64,000 nt of DNA from Candidatus Multivorans sp. (GTDB lineage Bacteria > Acidobacteriota > Thermoanaerobaculia > Multivoradales > Multivoraceae). Each line of letters opens with the position of its first letter. Positions within the stretch are counted from its first letter, which is position 1. The stretch spans positions 2,272,001 to 2,336,000 of the forward strand of contig OZ245033.1 of NCBI GenBank assembly GCA_965224025.1, read 5' to 3'. Positions 41,707 to 51,223 of this stretch are shown piece after piece. A program made the position numbers and the translations under genes. The notes beneath the pieces were generated by a model. The model did no database searches. It saw only the letters and a program-made list of their open reading frames with translations, and was not told where the DNA came from.

Positions 41707-41807
41707 CTCTGGGTGCGCGGACGTGCCATCCGTGCGCCCGATGACGGGCGCACGGACTGGTTTACGGGTGGCGCGGATCGCGCCACCCGGGATCTGGTCC
41801 GCATCCG
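41707..41807. repeat. Family A element copy 3 (41723-41792) nested in the loop of a family B palindrome
   Basis: CTCTGGGTGCGCGGAC-[70 bp]-TCTGGTCCGCATCCG; compare the uninterrupted 28360-28392. Confidence 0.88.
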
Positions 41808-41858
41808 AGCGATGCCGCGAAGCGGCGAGCCCGAGTCGCGTCGCGCTACGATTCCCCG

Positions 41859-43520
41859 ATGACAAGACGAACTCTCGCACTCGCGCTTTCTCTTCTGGCG
41901 TTCGCCATCGCCGCCTGCGTCCAGCCAGCCCCTGATATCGCAACCCAACTCGACACCTGGCTTGCCGACCTCGCCGACGACGCCATGGAGGGCCGCGGCC
42001 CCGGCAGTGCCGGTGACGTCGCCGCGCGCCTGTACATCGCCGGCGCCATGGCGGACATGGGCATCGAACCGGCGGCTGGCGATGGCGGCTGGGAGCAGCC
42101 GTTCGACATCGTCGGCATCAACGCCACCGTGCCCGAGACCTGGACCTTCCACGCGAGCGGCGGCGACAGCGTCGAGTTCGCGTTCTGGGACGAGTTCATC
42201 GCCCACAGCGGCGTCCAGTCGGAGCAGGCGACGATCGAGGACGCCGAGGTGGTGTTCGTCGGCTACGGCATCCAGGCGCCGGAGTACGGCTGGGACGACT
42301 ACGGCGACGCGGATCTCGCCGGCAAGGTCCTCGTCATGCTGAACAACGATCCGGACCGGGATCCGGACCTGTTCGAGGGCGACCGCCGCCTCTACTACGG
42401 CCGCTGGACCTACAAGTACGAGAGCGCGGCGGCCCAGGGCGCGGCCGGCGCGATCATCATCCACACCACGCCGTCGGCCGGCTATCCCTTCCAGGTGGTT
42501 CAGACATCCTGGACGGGGCCCCAGTTCGAGCTGCCCGCCGAGGGCGAACCGCGCACGCAGATCAACGCCTGGCTGACGGAAGAGGCGTCCCGCCGGCTCT
42601 TCGCGCTGGCCGGCGTCGACTACGACGCGACTCTGGAGTCGGCCAGGAGCGCCGACTTCGAACCCGTGCCGCTTGGACTCTCGACGAGTCTGGCGCTCGA
42701 GAACATCGTGACCAGCGAGCAAACGGCCAATGTCCTCGGCGCCCTGCCCGGCAGCGACCCGGACTTGGCCGACGAGTGGGTCGTCTTCACGGCCCACCAC
42801 GATCACCTGGGCGTCTCGCCAGACGAGAGCCTGGAAGACCGCATCTACAACGGCGCCCTCGACAACGCGGCCGGCGTTGCCCAGGTGCTGGCGATCGCCA
42901 GCGAGCTGGCCGCTCAGGAACCCGGTCCGAGCCGCTCCGTCCTGCTCGCCTTCGTCGGCGCGGAGGAGCAGGGCCTTCTCGGCTCCGAGTACTACGCCGG
43001 CCACCCCACGGTGCCGCCCGGCAAGATGGCCGCGAACATCAACTACGACGGCGGCAACCAGTGGGGCCGCACCCGCGACGTGACCTACATCGGCTACGGC
43101 AAGTCGAGCCTCGACGCCGTGGTCGAAGCGGCCGCGGCCGACCAGGGCCGCACCGTGCTGCCCGACCAGTTTCCGGACCGCGGCTACTTCTACCGTTCGG
43201 ACCAGTTGAACTTCGCCCGCATCGGCGTGCCGGCGATCTACCTCGACAACGGCACCGACTTCATCGACCGGCCGGAGGGTTGGGGCCACGAGCAGTTGGA
43301 TGCCTGGACGGACAACATCTACCACCAGGTGTCCGACGAGTACCAGCCGATGAACGAGGAAGGCGAGGGCTGGAACCTCGACGGCATGGTCGAAGACGTC
43401 GAACTCGGCCTCGCCTGCGCCCGCGCCATTGCCGAGAACCCCGAACTCCCGGCCTGGAACCCCGGCGACGAGTTCGAGGCCGCGCGGCTGGCGGCGCTCG
43501 CCGCCGTGGCGGGCGAGTAG
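41859..43520 (+). CDS. M28 family peptidase with PA domain (probable lipoprotein)
   Basis: Lipobox-like IAAC, EGRGPG, AHHDHLG, NGALDNA, AEEQGLLGS, RSDQ, YHQ. Confidence 0.92.
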   Translation: MTRRTLALALSLLAFAIAACVQPAPDIATQLDTWLADLADDAMEGRGPGSAGDVAARLYIAGAMADMGIEPAAGDGGWEQPFDIVGINATVPETWTFHASGGDSVEFAFWDEFIAHSGVQSEQATIEDAEVVFVGYGIQAPEYGWDDYGDADLAGKVLVMLNNDPDRDPDLFEGDRRLYYGRWTYKYESAAAQGAAGAIIIHTTPSAGYPFQVVQTSWTGPQFELPAEGEPRTQINAWLTEEASRRLFALAGVDYDATLESARSADFEPVPLGLSTSLALENIVTSEQTANVLGALPGSDPDLADEWVVFTAHHDHLGVSPDESLEDRIYNGALDNAAGVAQVLAIASELAAQEPGPSRSVLLAFVGAEEQGLLGSEYYAGHPTVPPGKMAANINYDGGNQWGRTRDVTYIGYGKSSLDAVVEAAAADQGRTVLPDQFPDRGYFYRSDQLNFARIGVPAIYLDNGTDFIDRPEGWGHEQLDAWTDNIYHQVSDEYQPMNEEGEGWNLDGMVEDVELGLACARAIAENPELPAWNPGDEFEAARLAALAAVAGE

Positions 43521-43599
43521 CGCTTCGTGCGAACTGGCGGCATCGGTTGCACCCTCCCCTCCGGACCCGGCCCAGGCTGGACGGCGCTGCCCATCAGGC

Positions 43600-43631
43600 C
43601 CTGGGAACGCGGGCATCCTGCCCGCATCCGG
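43600..43631. repeat. REP-like family B palindrome
   Basis: CCTGGGAACGCGGGCATCCTGCCCGCATCCGG. Confidence 0.8.
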
Positions 43632-43667
43632 CGGGCTACCGGCTGACCAATAGAGGAGAACCATCAG

Positions 43668-43907
43668 ATGACCGAAGCCCAGATTGCCGCTCGCGAGCCG
43701 GCGAAGATCGAACTCGAAGCCGGCACCTACTACTGGTGCCGGTGCGGCCAGTCGCAGAACCAACCGTTCTGCGACGGCTCGCACCGTGGCACGGAGTTCG
43801 AGCCGATCCGTCTCACCTTGGAGGAGGACCGCCGGGTTGCGCTCTGTCAGTGCAAGCGCAGCGGCAAGATTCCGCACTGCGACGGCAGTCACCGCTTCCT
43901 GGACTGA
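43668..43907 (+). CDS. CDGSH iron-sulfur domain protein (two domains)
   Basis: WCRCGQS..PFCDGSH and CQCKRS..PHCDGSH; AGAGGAG RBS. Confidence 0.95.
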   Translation: MTEAQIAAREPAKIELEAGTYYWCRCGQSQNQPFCDGSHRGTEFEPIRLTLEEDRRVALCQCKRSGKIPHCDGSHRFLD

Positions 43908-43922
43908 GGGAGGCGGTCGCCG

Positions 43923-44654
43923 TCAGCGGCATATCGCCGCGGGATCCGTCGGCAGGCGTGGGCCGCCGACCTGCAGCCTCTCCATCGCCGCGTACTTGGC
44001 GTTCACGTACTCCGTGAGCAGGTCCAGGACGCCGGCAGGCGCGTTCGCTGCAACCAGCGGCAGTTTCGGATTGTCGAGGAAGTTCTGGAGAAAGCCGGTC
44101 TGCGTGAGGCGGACCTCGGACAGGTTGCCGGTATGAGCGTCGCGTTCGACCCGACTGACCAGATACTCGCGCCCGCGGAGGAAGAAGTACTCCTCGTTTC
44201 TCAACAGGCCGCTCCTTGCGGTCGCCGAGCGCCATCCGGATTCGAGCAGCCGTCTCCGGCCTGAACCGGAGTAGATGAAGACCAACGCTCCGCCCGACTG
44301 CCAGATTTTGGAGAAGGCGGAATTGTAGTCGTAGCCGTTCTCGGTGATGCGCGCGTCATCGCAGGCGCGCCGGTAGAGCGCTTCCTGGTCGCCCGCCAGC
44401 AGCTCGAGGCGAGCCACCAGGGCCTGGCGTTCCTCTTCCGGGAACAGCATCAACACGGTCGCTTCGCCGCCTCCAGGAACGGCCATGGGTGTAGCCCACA
44501 CAGTCACCTGCGTTTGCTTGACCGTCCCCCGGTATTCGCCGGCCAGTCCTCGGTAGGCGTCCGGCGCCGTTGGCTGCGCGCTGACGACAACGGCCGCCGG
44601 CCAGAGCAGCGCGAGCAACAAGGCTCCATGTAGATGACAGGTGTTTCTCGTCAT
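43923..44654 (-). CDS. Secreted hypothetical protein
   Basis: Signal-peptide-like LLLALLWPAAVVVSA; no family recognised. Confidence 0.6.
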   Translation of the reverse strand: MTRNTCHLHGALLLALLWPAAVVVSAQPTAPDAYRGLAGEYRGTVKQTQVTVWATPMAVPGGGEATVLMLFPEEERQALVARLELLAGDQEALYRRACDDARITENGYDYNSAFSKIWQSGGALVFIYSGSGRRRLLESGWRSATARSGLLRNEEYFFLRGREYLVSRVERDAHTGNLSEVRLTQTGFLQNFLDNPKLPLVAANAPAGVLDLLTEYVNAKYAAMERLQVGGPRLPTDPAAICR

Positions 44655-44717
44655 GCGTATCGAGGGCCGCAGGCGGTTGAACCCCGAAGCACGAACCGCG
44701 ACCGACAATCTCCAGCG

Positions 44718-45320
44718 TCAACCGAGGGCTTCGGGATTCCGGAACTTCACATGGTCCACCAGGCGGTCGAAGAACCGGTCGAAGTCCCCCGGGTCCGACC
44801 GCACCACGGGCCCTTCCGTGAAGTCGACCTCGGCGAGCACGTGGCCTTCGAACGTTCCGGTGGCCCAAGCCGGCGGCGCTCGATGGGACAGTTGGTCCAA
44901 CCGCGATTTCAGTAGACCGAGCCACGTCGAGTCGTGTTTCTTCGACCAAGAGTCCTGACTGCGGTCGAAGACCATGATGTACCCGATGACGATCTCGGGT
45001 GAGTGCAACTGGGCGTTGGCCACTTCGCCCATGAGGTCGTCAATCCGATTCGGGACGGTGCCCGGGATGTTCTTGAGCAGTGACTTGAGGGAGAGCCCCA
45101 GCCGGGCCTTTCCGGCGTGCTCCCAAGCGACATCCCACTGCTTCACCCGGCCGAAGCCCTGGACCGCTACTTCCGCGCCGACGCCAGAAACGCCGCGTTT
45201 CTCGAGCTCCTGAACGCAGAAGTCCGCGAGGCCGGAGAGCCTGGCCGGGGAAGTCGTCTTCTGTTCGACAACGGCGACGCGATAGAGATGCTCTATGGCC
45301 TCTTGAACGGTAACCGCCAA
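44718..45320 (-). CDS. Probable type II restriction endonuclease (PaeR7I/XhoI-like PD-(D/E)XK fold)
   Basis: KQWDV...LSLKS...NRIDDLMGE resembles the K.WD...K S...NR.EE.G pattern of the XhoI-like family; directly downstream of an MTase. Confidence 0.65.
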   Translation of the reverse strand: MAVTVQEAIEHLYRVAVVEQKTTSPARLSGLADFCVQELEKRGVSGVGAEVAVQGFGRVKQWDVAWEHAGKARLGLSLKSLLKNIPGTVPNRIDDLMGEVANAQLHSPEIVIGYIMVFDRSQDSWSKKHDSTWLGLLKSRLDQLSHRAPPAWATGTFEGHVLAEVDFTEGPVVRSDPGDFDRFFDRLVDHVKFRNPEALG

Positions 45321-45352
45321 CGCCTAGTCCTTAGGTCGGATCGCCTTCGAAC

Positions 45353-46372
45353 TCAGCGAACTGCCGACACACTGGAATCTGGAGTGTGCGGCACGACTTC
45401 GACCTGTTTGAACATGTCGGCTGCCTGAGTCGACATTCGCGCCACGGAAGCCTTGAAGTACTCCGGCTCCACCTCGACGCCGACACTGTTTCGGCCCCAC
45501 ATGGCCGCAGCCGACTGAGTCGTGGCGGTGCCCATGAAGGGGTCGAACACGGTGTCGCCCGCGAAACTGAACATCCGGATCAGCCGCTCGGCGATCTCGA
45601 GGGGGTACGGGGCGGGATGGTGCCGGGTGGAGGCTCCCCCGAGTCCTTCCCAGACTTGGCGGAACCACTTGTGGTGAAGGTCGGCCGGAATCAGGCTCAG
45701 CAGTTTGGCCGCGGATGTGGGCCGGCGGTAGCCGCCCGGCTTCCGCTGCATGAGGACGAACTCGATGTCGTTCTTGATTACGGCGTTCGGTTCATAGGGC
45801 TTGCCCAGGAACGCGCCCTTGCCGCCCTGTACTTCGTAGGCGGCGTTGGCGATCTTGTGCCAGATGATCGGGGCCAGATTGTCGAAGCCCACGCTGCGGC
45901 AGCGCTCCTGGATCGAAGCGTGCAGCGGCACGACCGTGTGGCGCCCGTGCCGGCGCCGCGAAAGGCAGACATCGCCGACCACACAGACCAGCCGTCCGCC
46001 GGGAACGAGAGCGTCGTAGCAGCGGCGCCAGACCTTGTCGAGCTGATCCAGGAAGTCCTCGTAGTCCGCGACCCACCCCAACTGGCCGTCGGAAGTCGGG
46101 TACTCCTTCAGGGTCCAGTAGGGCGGCGATGTGACCACGAGGTGGATCGACTCCGGCGCCAGCGGCGGCACGGTGCGGGAGTCGCCCAGGAACAGCTCGT
46201 GGCGGGTGGGCACCTCCGCGAGCAGCGCCTCGATGCGGGCCGTGGCGCTCGGATCCCTGGCTAGTTTGGGTAAATCGCGGCGCGGATTCTCCAAGGATCT
46301 CCAGCGCTGCGGCACCAGATCAAGGAGCGGGTCGGGCGGGTTCCGAGTCGCGTGGGCAGATACGGAACTCAT
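45353..46372 (-). CDS. Beta-class N4-cytosine/N6-adenine DNA methyltransferase
   Basis: Motif IV TSPPY precedes motif I DPFMGTATT; HPAPYP. Confidence 0.93.
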   Translation of the reverse strand: MSSVSAHATRNPPDPLLDLVPQRWRSLENPRRDLPKLARDPSATARIEALLAEVPTRHELFLGDSRTVPPLAPESIHLVVTSPPYWTLKEYPTSDGQLGWVADYEDFLDQLDKVWRRCYDALVPGGRLVCVVGDVCLSRRRHGRHTVVPLHASIQERCRSVGFDNLAPIIWHKIANAAYEVQGGKGAFLGKPYEPNAVIKNDIEFVLMQRKPGGYRRPTSAAKLLSLIPADLHHKWFRQVWEGLGGASTRHHPAPYPLEIAERLIRMFSFAGDTVFDPFMGTATTQSAAAMWGRNSVGVEVEPEYFKASVARMSTQAADMFKQVEVVPHTPDSSVSAVR

Positions 46373-46451
46373 GCCGGCCAGAGTACCACTTGGGCAGGTC
46401 CTCGTTCCGCCCGTCACCCGCCTCAGACGGTTGCGTAGACGCGCTGCCAGT

Positions 46452-46877
46452 TCAGGTCGAGGATCGCCCGAACGGCCGACTCGGAGTAGCCGCGATCGTC
46501 GCATCGTGCCCGCACCACACCAGTCCCGACACAAGCTTCGGCAGGAAACGGGTCGATTTAGGCGGAAGCAGATCGCCGTCCTCGGTGGCGAGCGCGAACT
46601 GCTTCGGCGTCATAGGCGGCAGGAAGACGCCGGCGGTGATCTCAGAGCGCTCGAGCAGCGCGACGATACCGTCCGGGTCGGCTTCGTAGGTGATGCTTCC
46701 GTCGGTGGCGGACGTAGGCGGTACGCCGGCGGTCTTCAGCAGGTGGTGGTGAATCAAGGCCGCCGGGAGGGCGGTCTTCCGGCCGGGCATGTCGGCGGGC
46801 GCGGCCGCCGCGTCGAGGGTCCAGAGTTCAGGCACCGCGTCGCCCTGAGACAAGACGGCGAGGGCGGGCTGCGGCGA
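46452..46877 (-). pseudogene. Displaced, diverged duplicate of the 3' ~380 bp of the DUF1015 gene
   Basis: PELWTLD...MPGRK...HHLL..AGVP..SATDGSI.YEADP...GVFLPPMTP.QF.LATEDGDLLPPKSTRFLPKLVSGLVWCGHDA aligns with 55369-55747; no N-terminus. Confidence 0.9.
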
Positions 46878-46879
46878 AA

Positions 46880-47121
46880 CTGAATCGACGTCGTTGCGTG
46901 GGAGGACGCCGCCGCGTCCAGCGCGGCGCTGCGCTCAGGGTCGAAGGCATGCCGTACGAGCCACCGAACAGCCTGGACGCACACTGCGTTGCCGAAGCCC
47001 TGCCTCGCCTTGACGGTCGTTGGCTTCGATCGGGAAGCAGTCAGCCGCTTGGAGGCGCGCGAACGCGGCCGATTCCAGCAAAGAACTCCGCGAAGCGGCC
47101 CGCCGTCGACGGGTCGCTCAT
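46880..47121 (-). pseudogene. Internally deleted C5-cytosine methyltransferase relic
   Basis: MSDPSTAGRFAEFFAGIG (motif I), frameshift, LQAADCFPIEAND (motif II-like), then joined directly to RQGFGNAVCVQAVRWL (motif X). Confidence 0.75.
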
Positions 47122-47295
47122 CCGGTCCTGTTCGCCGAGACGGCTCTCGGATAGACCGGCGGCGAACTGGCGGCAATGCAGGACGCTGCAGTCGGCTCGA
47201 CTCCACCACGGCGATGCGGACGCAGGCGGAGGCGATGCAGTAGCCTTGATGCTTCCCACAGAGAGTCTGCGGCTGGGCCCAAGGCCGGGGAGAGC

Positions 47296-47745
47296 GTGCC
47301 GGACACCTTCGACAGCGCGACGCGTTCGCGAATCATGGCGAGAGTCCAGAGTCGGAACACCGGGCCGGAGTTGATCCTTCGCCGTGCGCTCCACGCCCGC
47401 GGACTGCGGTACAAACTCCACGATTCCGCGCTTCCGGGCCGACCGGACCTCGTCTTCCCCCGCTTCGGAGCGGTCTGCTTCGTACACGGCTGCTTCTGGC
47501 ATCGCCATGAGGGCTGTCGTCGCACCACGACACCGGCGACCAACAGGAGCTCCTGGGAGCGGAAGTTCGCGGCTAATGTCCGGCGCGACCGGAACAACCG
47601 AACCGCGCTGCTTGCGGCCGGCTGGCGCGTCGGGGTCATCTGGGAGTGCGTCTTGCGCCCCAAGAAGCGCTCGGAGGAGGTGGCAGCGAGCGTTGAGCTA
47701 TGGCTGAAGGGACAGCGCAAGGACTTCATTGCCGGTCGTCAGTAG
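47296..47745 (+). CDS. vsr: Very short patch repair endonuclease
   Basis: D.F..RSRIMARVQSRNTGPE, LPGRPDLVF, FVHGCFWHRH, N..RD, GWRV..IWEC. Confidence 0.96.
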   Translation: MPDTFDSATRSRIMARVQSRNTGPELILRRALHARGLRYKLHDSALPGRPDLVFPRFGAVCFVHGCFWHRHEGCRRTTTPATNRSSWERKFAANVRRDRNNRTALLAAGWRVGVIWECVLRPKKRSEEVAASVELWLKGQRKDFIAGRQ

Positions 47746-47869
47746 GCTGGCGGGTCATGGTCGTCTGCGGGCGCGTAGCGAAGGCCGGGGACGCGGTTGT
47801 GGAGCAGATTGCGCCGCACCTCGGCCCGGACGACGGGGAGTCTCGTGGACCGTGCTTCTGCGAGATCGG

Positions 47870-49507
47870 TCAGCTAGCCCGTTGCCCGATGCTCTTGGAG
47901 CGCCGGAGCCACTCCGACTGGTTGAGGGGAAGGCGTGACATTCTCTCGGCAATCGTCTGCGCTATCGACTGGGCGAACTCCGGCTTGAGTTCTCCCACCC
48001 AACGGTACTTTCCGTCGCCGCACTCTCCGTCGCCGGATTCCTGGAAGATGAATTCCCTCTCGGGCCCATCGCGGTTTGCGAGCACGCATTGCTCCACGGG
48101 GTCCGGTGTGAAGTACTTCATAAGCCATTCCGACGGATTCGCGGATATCGTCATGCGCCGAAGTTGGTCCGCTCCGACCGGCACGACGACCTGCAGGGTC
48201 CTGCTCTTGGGTTCAGAAAGGGGGACAAACAGGAAGGATGAATCCTGAGTCAAACGGATGCTGTCGCACCTCGGTGTAACACATAGGAGCATCCTGTCGT
48301 CGTTTCCGATCCGGCGGACGACCGTTCCCATTGACAATTGTCGCGAAGTGGGGTCGAGCACCTGGCGAAAACTCATCGTAGATGCGAAGAGACGGTCGAG
48401 CTCGCGGACGTCGCCGTCGCCTCCGGCTAGTCCATGAGAGATAAGGTCCCACTTCTTCTTCCCCTTCTTCGTCCGTAGGCATGCTGGCGGTTTCTCCTCA
48501 AGTCCATGGGTCAGCATTTCCCGGACCTCGGGTACGGTAGCCTTGTGGTTTTGGTCGAATACCACCTGATCATCGGCGAATCGGTCCGTCAACCAATGCT
48601 TAATCGCTTCGATTCCGGCGGGACGTCTTTTGCTGATCGTGTCGTCCATGATTCCGTGGAGCTCGCTGGCGATCTGTTCCACCATGTGCTGTTCTGAATC
48701 CGAGGGTTGCCGAAGAAGGGCGCGGTGCGCCAGAAAGGCGGGATCAAGTTCGCGGCCGAAGCGGTTCAACACCCGATACACGTTCTCCCTGACGGCGGTG
48801 AGTGCGGTCAGGACCAGGCCGGGCAGGAGTCCCTGGGCCATTTCGGCGATATCGGCGATAAGCCGATCGGCCAGCTCTTGTTCGTTTACGACCGTGTTCG
48901 AGCCGTCGGCCGGGGAACCAGGCTTCCCGTACACGACGATCCGGCACGCCCCGAACTCGATGGGATTGCGGTCGTCGGTTGTGCGTACCTCTCCATGAGG
49001 TAGGTCGAGGCCGTCGAGGCAGGCTGCGATCCGTGTGCGGATGTCCTGCTGGTCGGGCTCGCCGGTGTAGAAGGCGATCAGGCGAAGTCGCCCCGGCTGG
49101 TCTGTCTGCAGGATGCGTTCCAGCAGCGGCAGGGCATTCGCGCCGCTCTCTCGGCTCAGTCGCCAGTCCAAAATGAGGATGTCAGCACGAGCGACGGCTT
49201 TGGCAAGCGCCTCAACATCGCCTTGGCCTTGCTGGGGCGCTACTACGCCGCAGACCATTCCTTGGCGGGCAAACGACCATGTGATCGGCTCAACGTTCAG
49301 GGGCCGAGACGGATGATCCTGCGGGTCGGCCGTTGTCGGCCGGCTTGAAGAATGCTGGTCGGGTGGGGCCAGGTTGCCGTGGACCAGTGGACCAGTTGGG
49401 GCGGAGAGTTCGTCGTCAACGACCACCGCCGTCAGCAGGAAACGCCGGACGATCTGGCGGCAGTGCTCGCCAAGTCCGTTCGTCTCCCCGGAACTACGGG
49501 GCGCCAT
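47870..49507 (-). CDS. Large receiver (REC)-domain protein with uncharacterised C-terminal region
   Basis: TAVVVDDE acidic pocket, ADILILDW phospho-Asp, FYTG; C-terminal GT.V...LCVTPRCD; start overlaps the kinase stop. Confidence 0.8.
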   Translation of the reverse strand: MAPRSSGETNGLGEHCRQIVRRFLLTAVVVDDELSAPTGPLVHGNLAPPDQHSSSRPTTADPQDHPSRPLNVEPITWSFARQGMVCGVVAPQQGQGDVEALAKAVARADILILDWRLSRESGANALPLLERILQTDQPGRLRLIAFYTGEPDQQDIRTRIAACLDGLDLPHGEVRTTDDRNPIEFGACRIVVYGKPGSPADGSNTVVNEQELADRLIADIAEMAQGLLPGLVLTALTAVRENVYRVLNRFGRELDPAFLAHRALLRQPSDSEQHMVEQIASELHGIMDDTISKRRPAGIEAIKHWLTDRFADDQVVFDQNHKATVPEVREMLTHGLEEKPPACLRTKKGKKKWDLISHGLAGGDGDVRELDRLFASTMSFRQVLDPTSRQLSMGTVVRRIGNDDRMLLCVTPRCDSIRLTQDSSFLFVPLSEPKSRTLQVVVPVGADQLRRMTISANPSEWLMKYFTPDPVEQCVLANRDGPEREFIFQESGDGECGDGKYRWVGELKPEFAQSIAQTIAERMSRLPLNQSEWLRRSKSIGQRAS

Positions 49508-51223
49508 CGGTGTCGTCCTTCCGTTCCTTGATCGGTGCGATCGCGAACGTCGTGCTCCACTCGGGCCCGCGCTCCTCGAGCGTCAGGTCATAACCAACTT
49601 CACGCAGCGTTGCGCGCGCGATGTGCAAACCCATCCCGCGTCCCTCCGGCTTCCTAGTGAACCCGATGTCGAAGATGTCGTCCCGGTCCCGGGCGTGGAT
49701 CCCGGGTCCGGTGTCTGAGACGCGGAAGGTCTTCCCGGACGCGTCGAGCCGGATTCGGCGCTCGAGGCGCTCGTTTAGGCCCGAGAGCCAGTAGATCGCA
49801 TTGTCCACGAGATTTATGAACACGGGATAAAAGGAAGAGGGATAGCCCCGCACTGCGGCGCTCTTGAAGGAGTCGGATTGGGCCAGTTCTATGTTGTGCC
49901 TGGCCAGTCGCTGACCGAAGAGGTTGATCAGGAACTCGTGGATCTCCCACCCGCGAATGTCCACGGTCTTGCGGTAGAGCCTCCTTTGGAGCGGCGTGAA
50001 GAGCGTCAGATACGCGTCGAGGTGATCGAAGCTGCCGCGAATCCTTTGGTATAGCGACATCAGTTCGCGATTCGCATCGGCCCAGGCCTTAAGGCCGCGC
50101 AGTCCCGATCGGACCGAACGGATAGCGGCGCCGAACTCGTGGCTTATTATTTCGATCGCCATGCCGAGCTGAGCGAGCTGAAGGTCGGCGGCCGTCTGTT
50201 CTTGGAGCGTGACGTTGCTCTGTTCCACTGCCGCAAGTTGATCGAGAAGGGAGGAATCGCTCCTCAAGTCGATGGCTTCCAGCTGCGAGCGAACGGAGTC
50301 GAGAGTTCTCTTTGCGTTCTCCAGGGCCTCGCTGATCGGAGCTTCCAGGTCGGAACGTGCGGCAATCAGCCGCTGGTCGTCCAGACCGGCTAGGTCGCGT
50401 CGGCCGAAATCGGCCATTCCGGCGCGAATGGCATCCTCGACGTCTCGCACGCACCGGGCCGCTAGGTCGCGCACATCCTCCGAGATGCTCTTGGCTCTCG
50501 CGTTGACGTCGTGGCGACTGGCCTCCGTCTCTCTTCTAGCCAGCCGAACGACTTCATTGAGAACCGATTCCATGCGTTCTCTGGCACCAACGTCAACGCC
50601 CGCCTTCGTCACCTCCTTCGTGACGACGCTCTCAATCGAGTCCCGGATGTCCCGTATGCCGTCGGAGAGGGCCTGGAACGCTTCCTGATAGTCGCCCCAC
50701 TCCCGCTGCAAGGCCCGACTCAATCCGATGCGCGGCTTGGAAACCCGGTACATGGCCTCCAGCTTCCCGAGATCTCTCCTGGCGTTCCGTTCTATCGCGA
50801 AGATCCGTCTGGCCGCCCTGCCGCGATCTGCATCGAGGCTCGCCTCCCTGACGCGCTCCTCGGTCGCCAAGCCCAGTTCCATGACGCTGTCAAGGGGCCT
50901 GTCCGTCTCCATTCGCTGGAAGAAAGCGGTCAGGTCGTTCTTGAATTGGGCGCGTTTGGCCGTGGCCTTCGTGGCACGGGCACGCCTGTGTCGTTCGGTC
51001 TCGTCCAACTCTCGCTTGCGGGTGTTGAACCGGTCGCCGTACACTCCCTCCTCTCGGAAGAAGTCGGCGGCCACCTGAACTAGGAAGCTCTTCAGAATAC
51101 TCCTCAACTCACGATAGGCCCTGTTCTCGCGAAAGCCCTCTCGCCCGGCTTTCTCGCGAAGACGTCCGTTGTTGGCGGAGTCGACTTCGACCACTCCGAA
51201 CATCTGCCGGTACGAAAAATAGT

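Noticed and set aside
47746-47869. HNH nuclease that might be expected after the receiver gene
   Set aside because: No room or motif; vsr converges directly on the receiver gene.
49494-51203. Stand-alone histidine kinase gene
   Set aside because: It is the C-terminal half of the IS-interrupted gene and rejoins in frame after IS removal.
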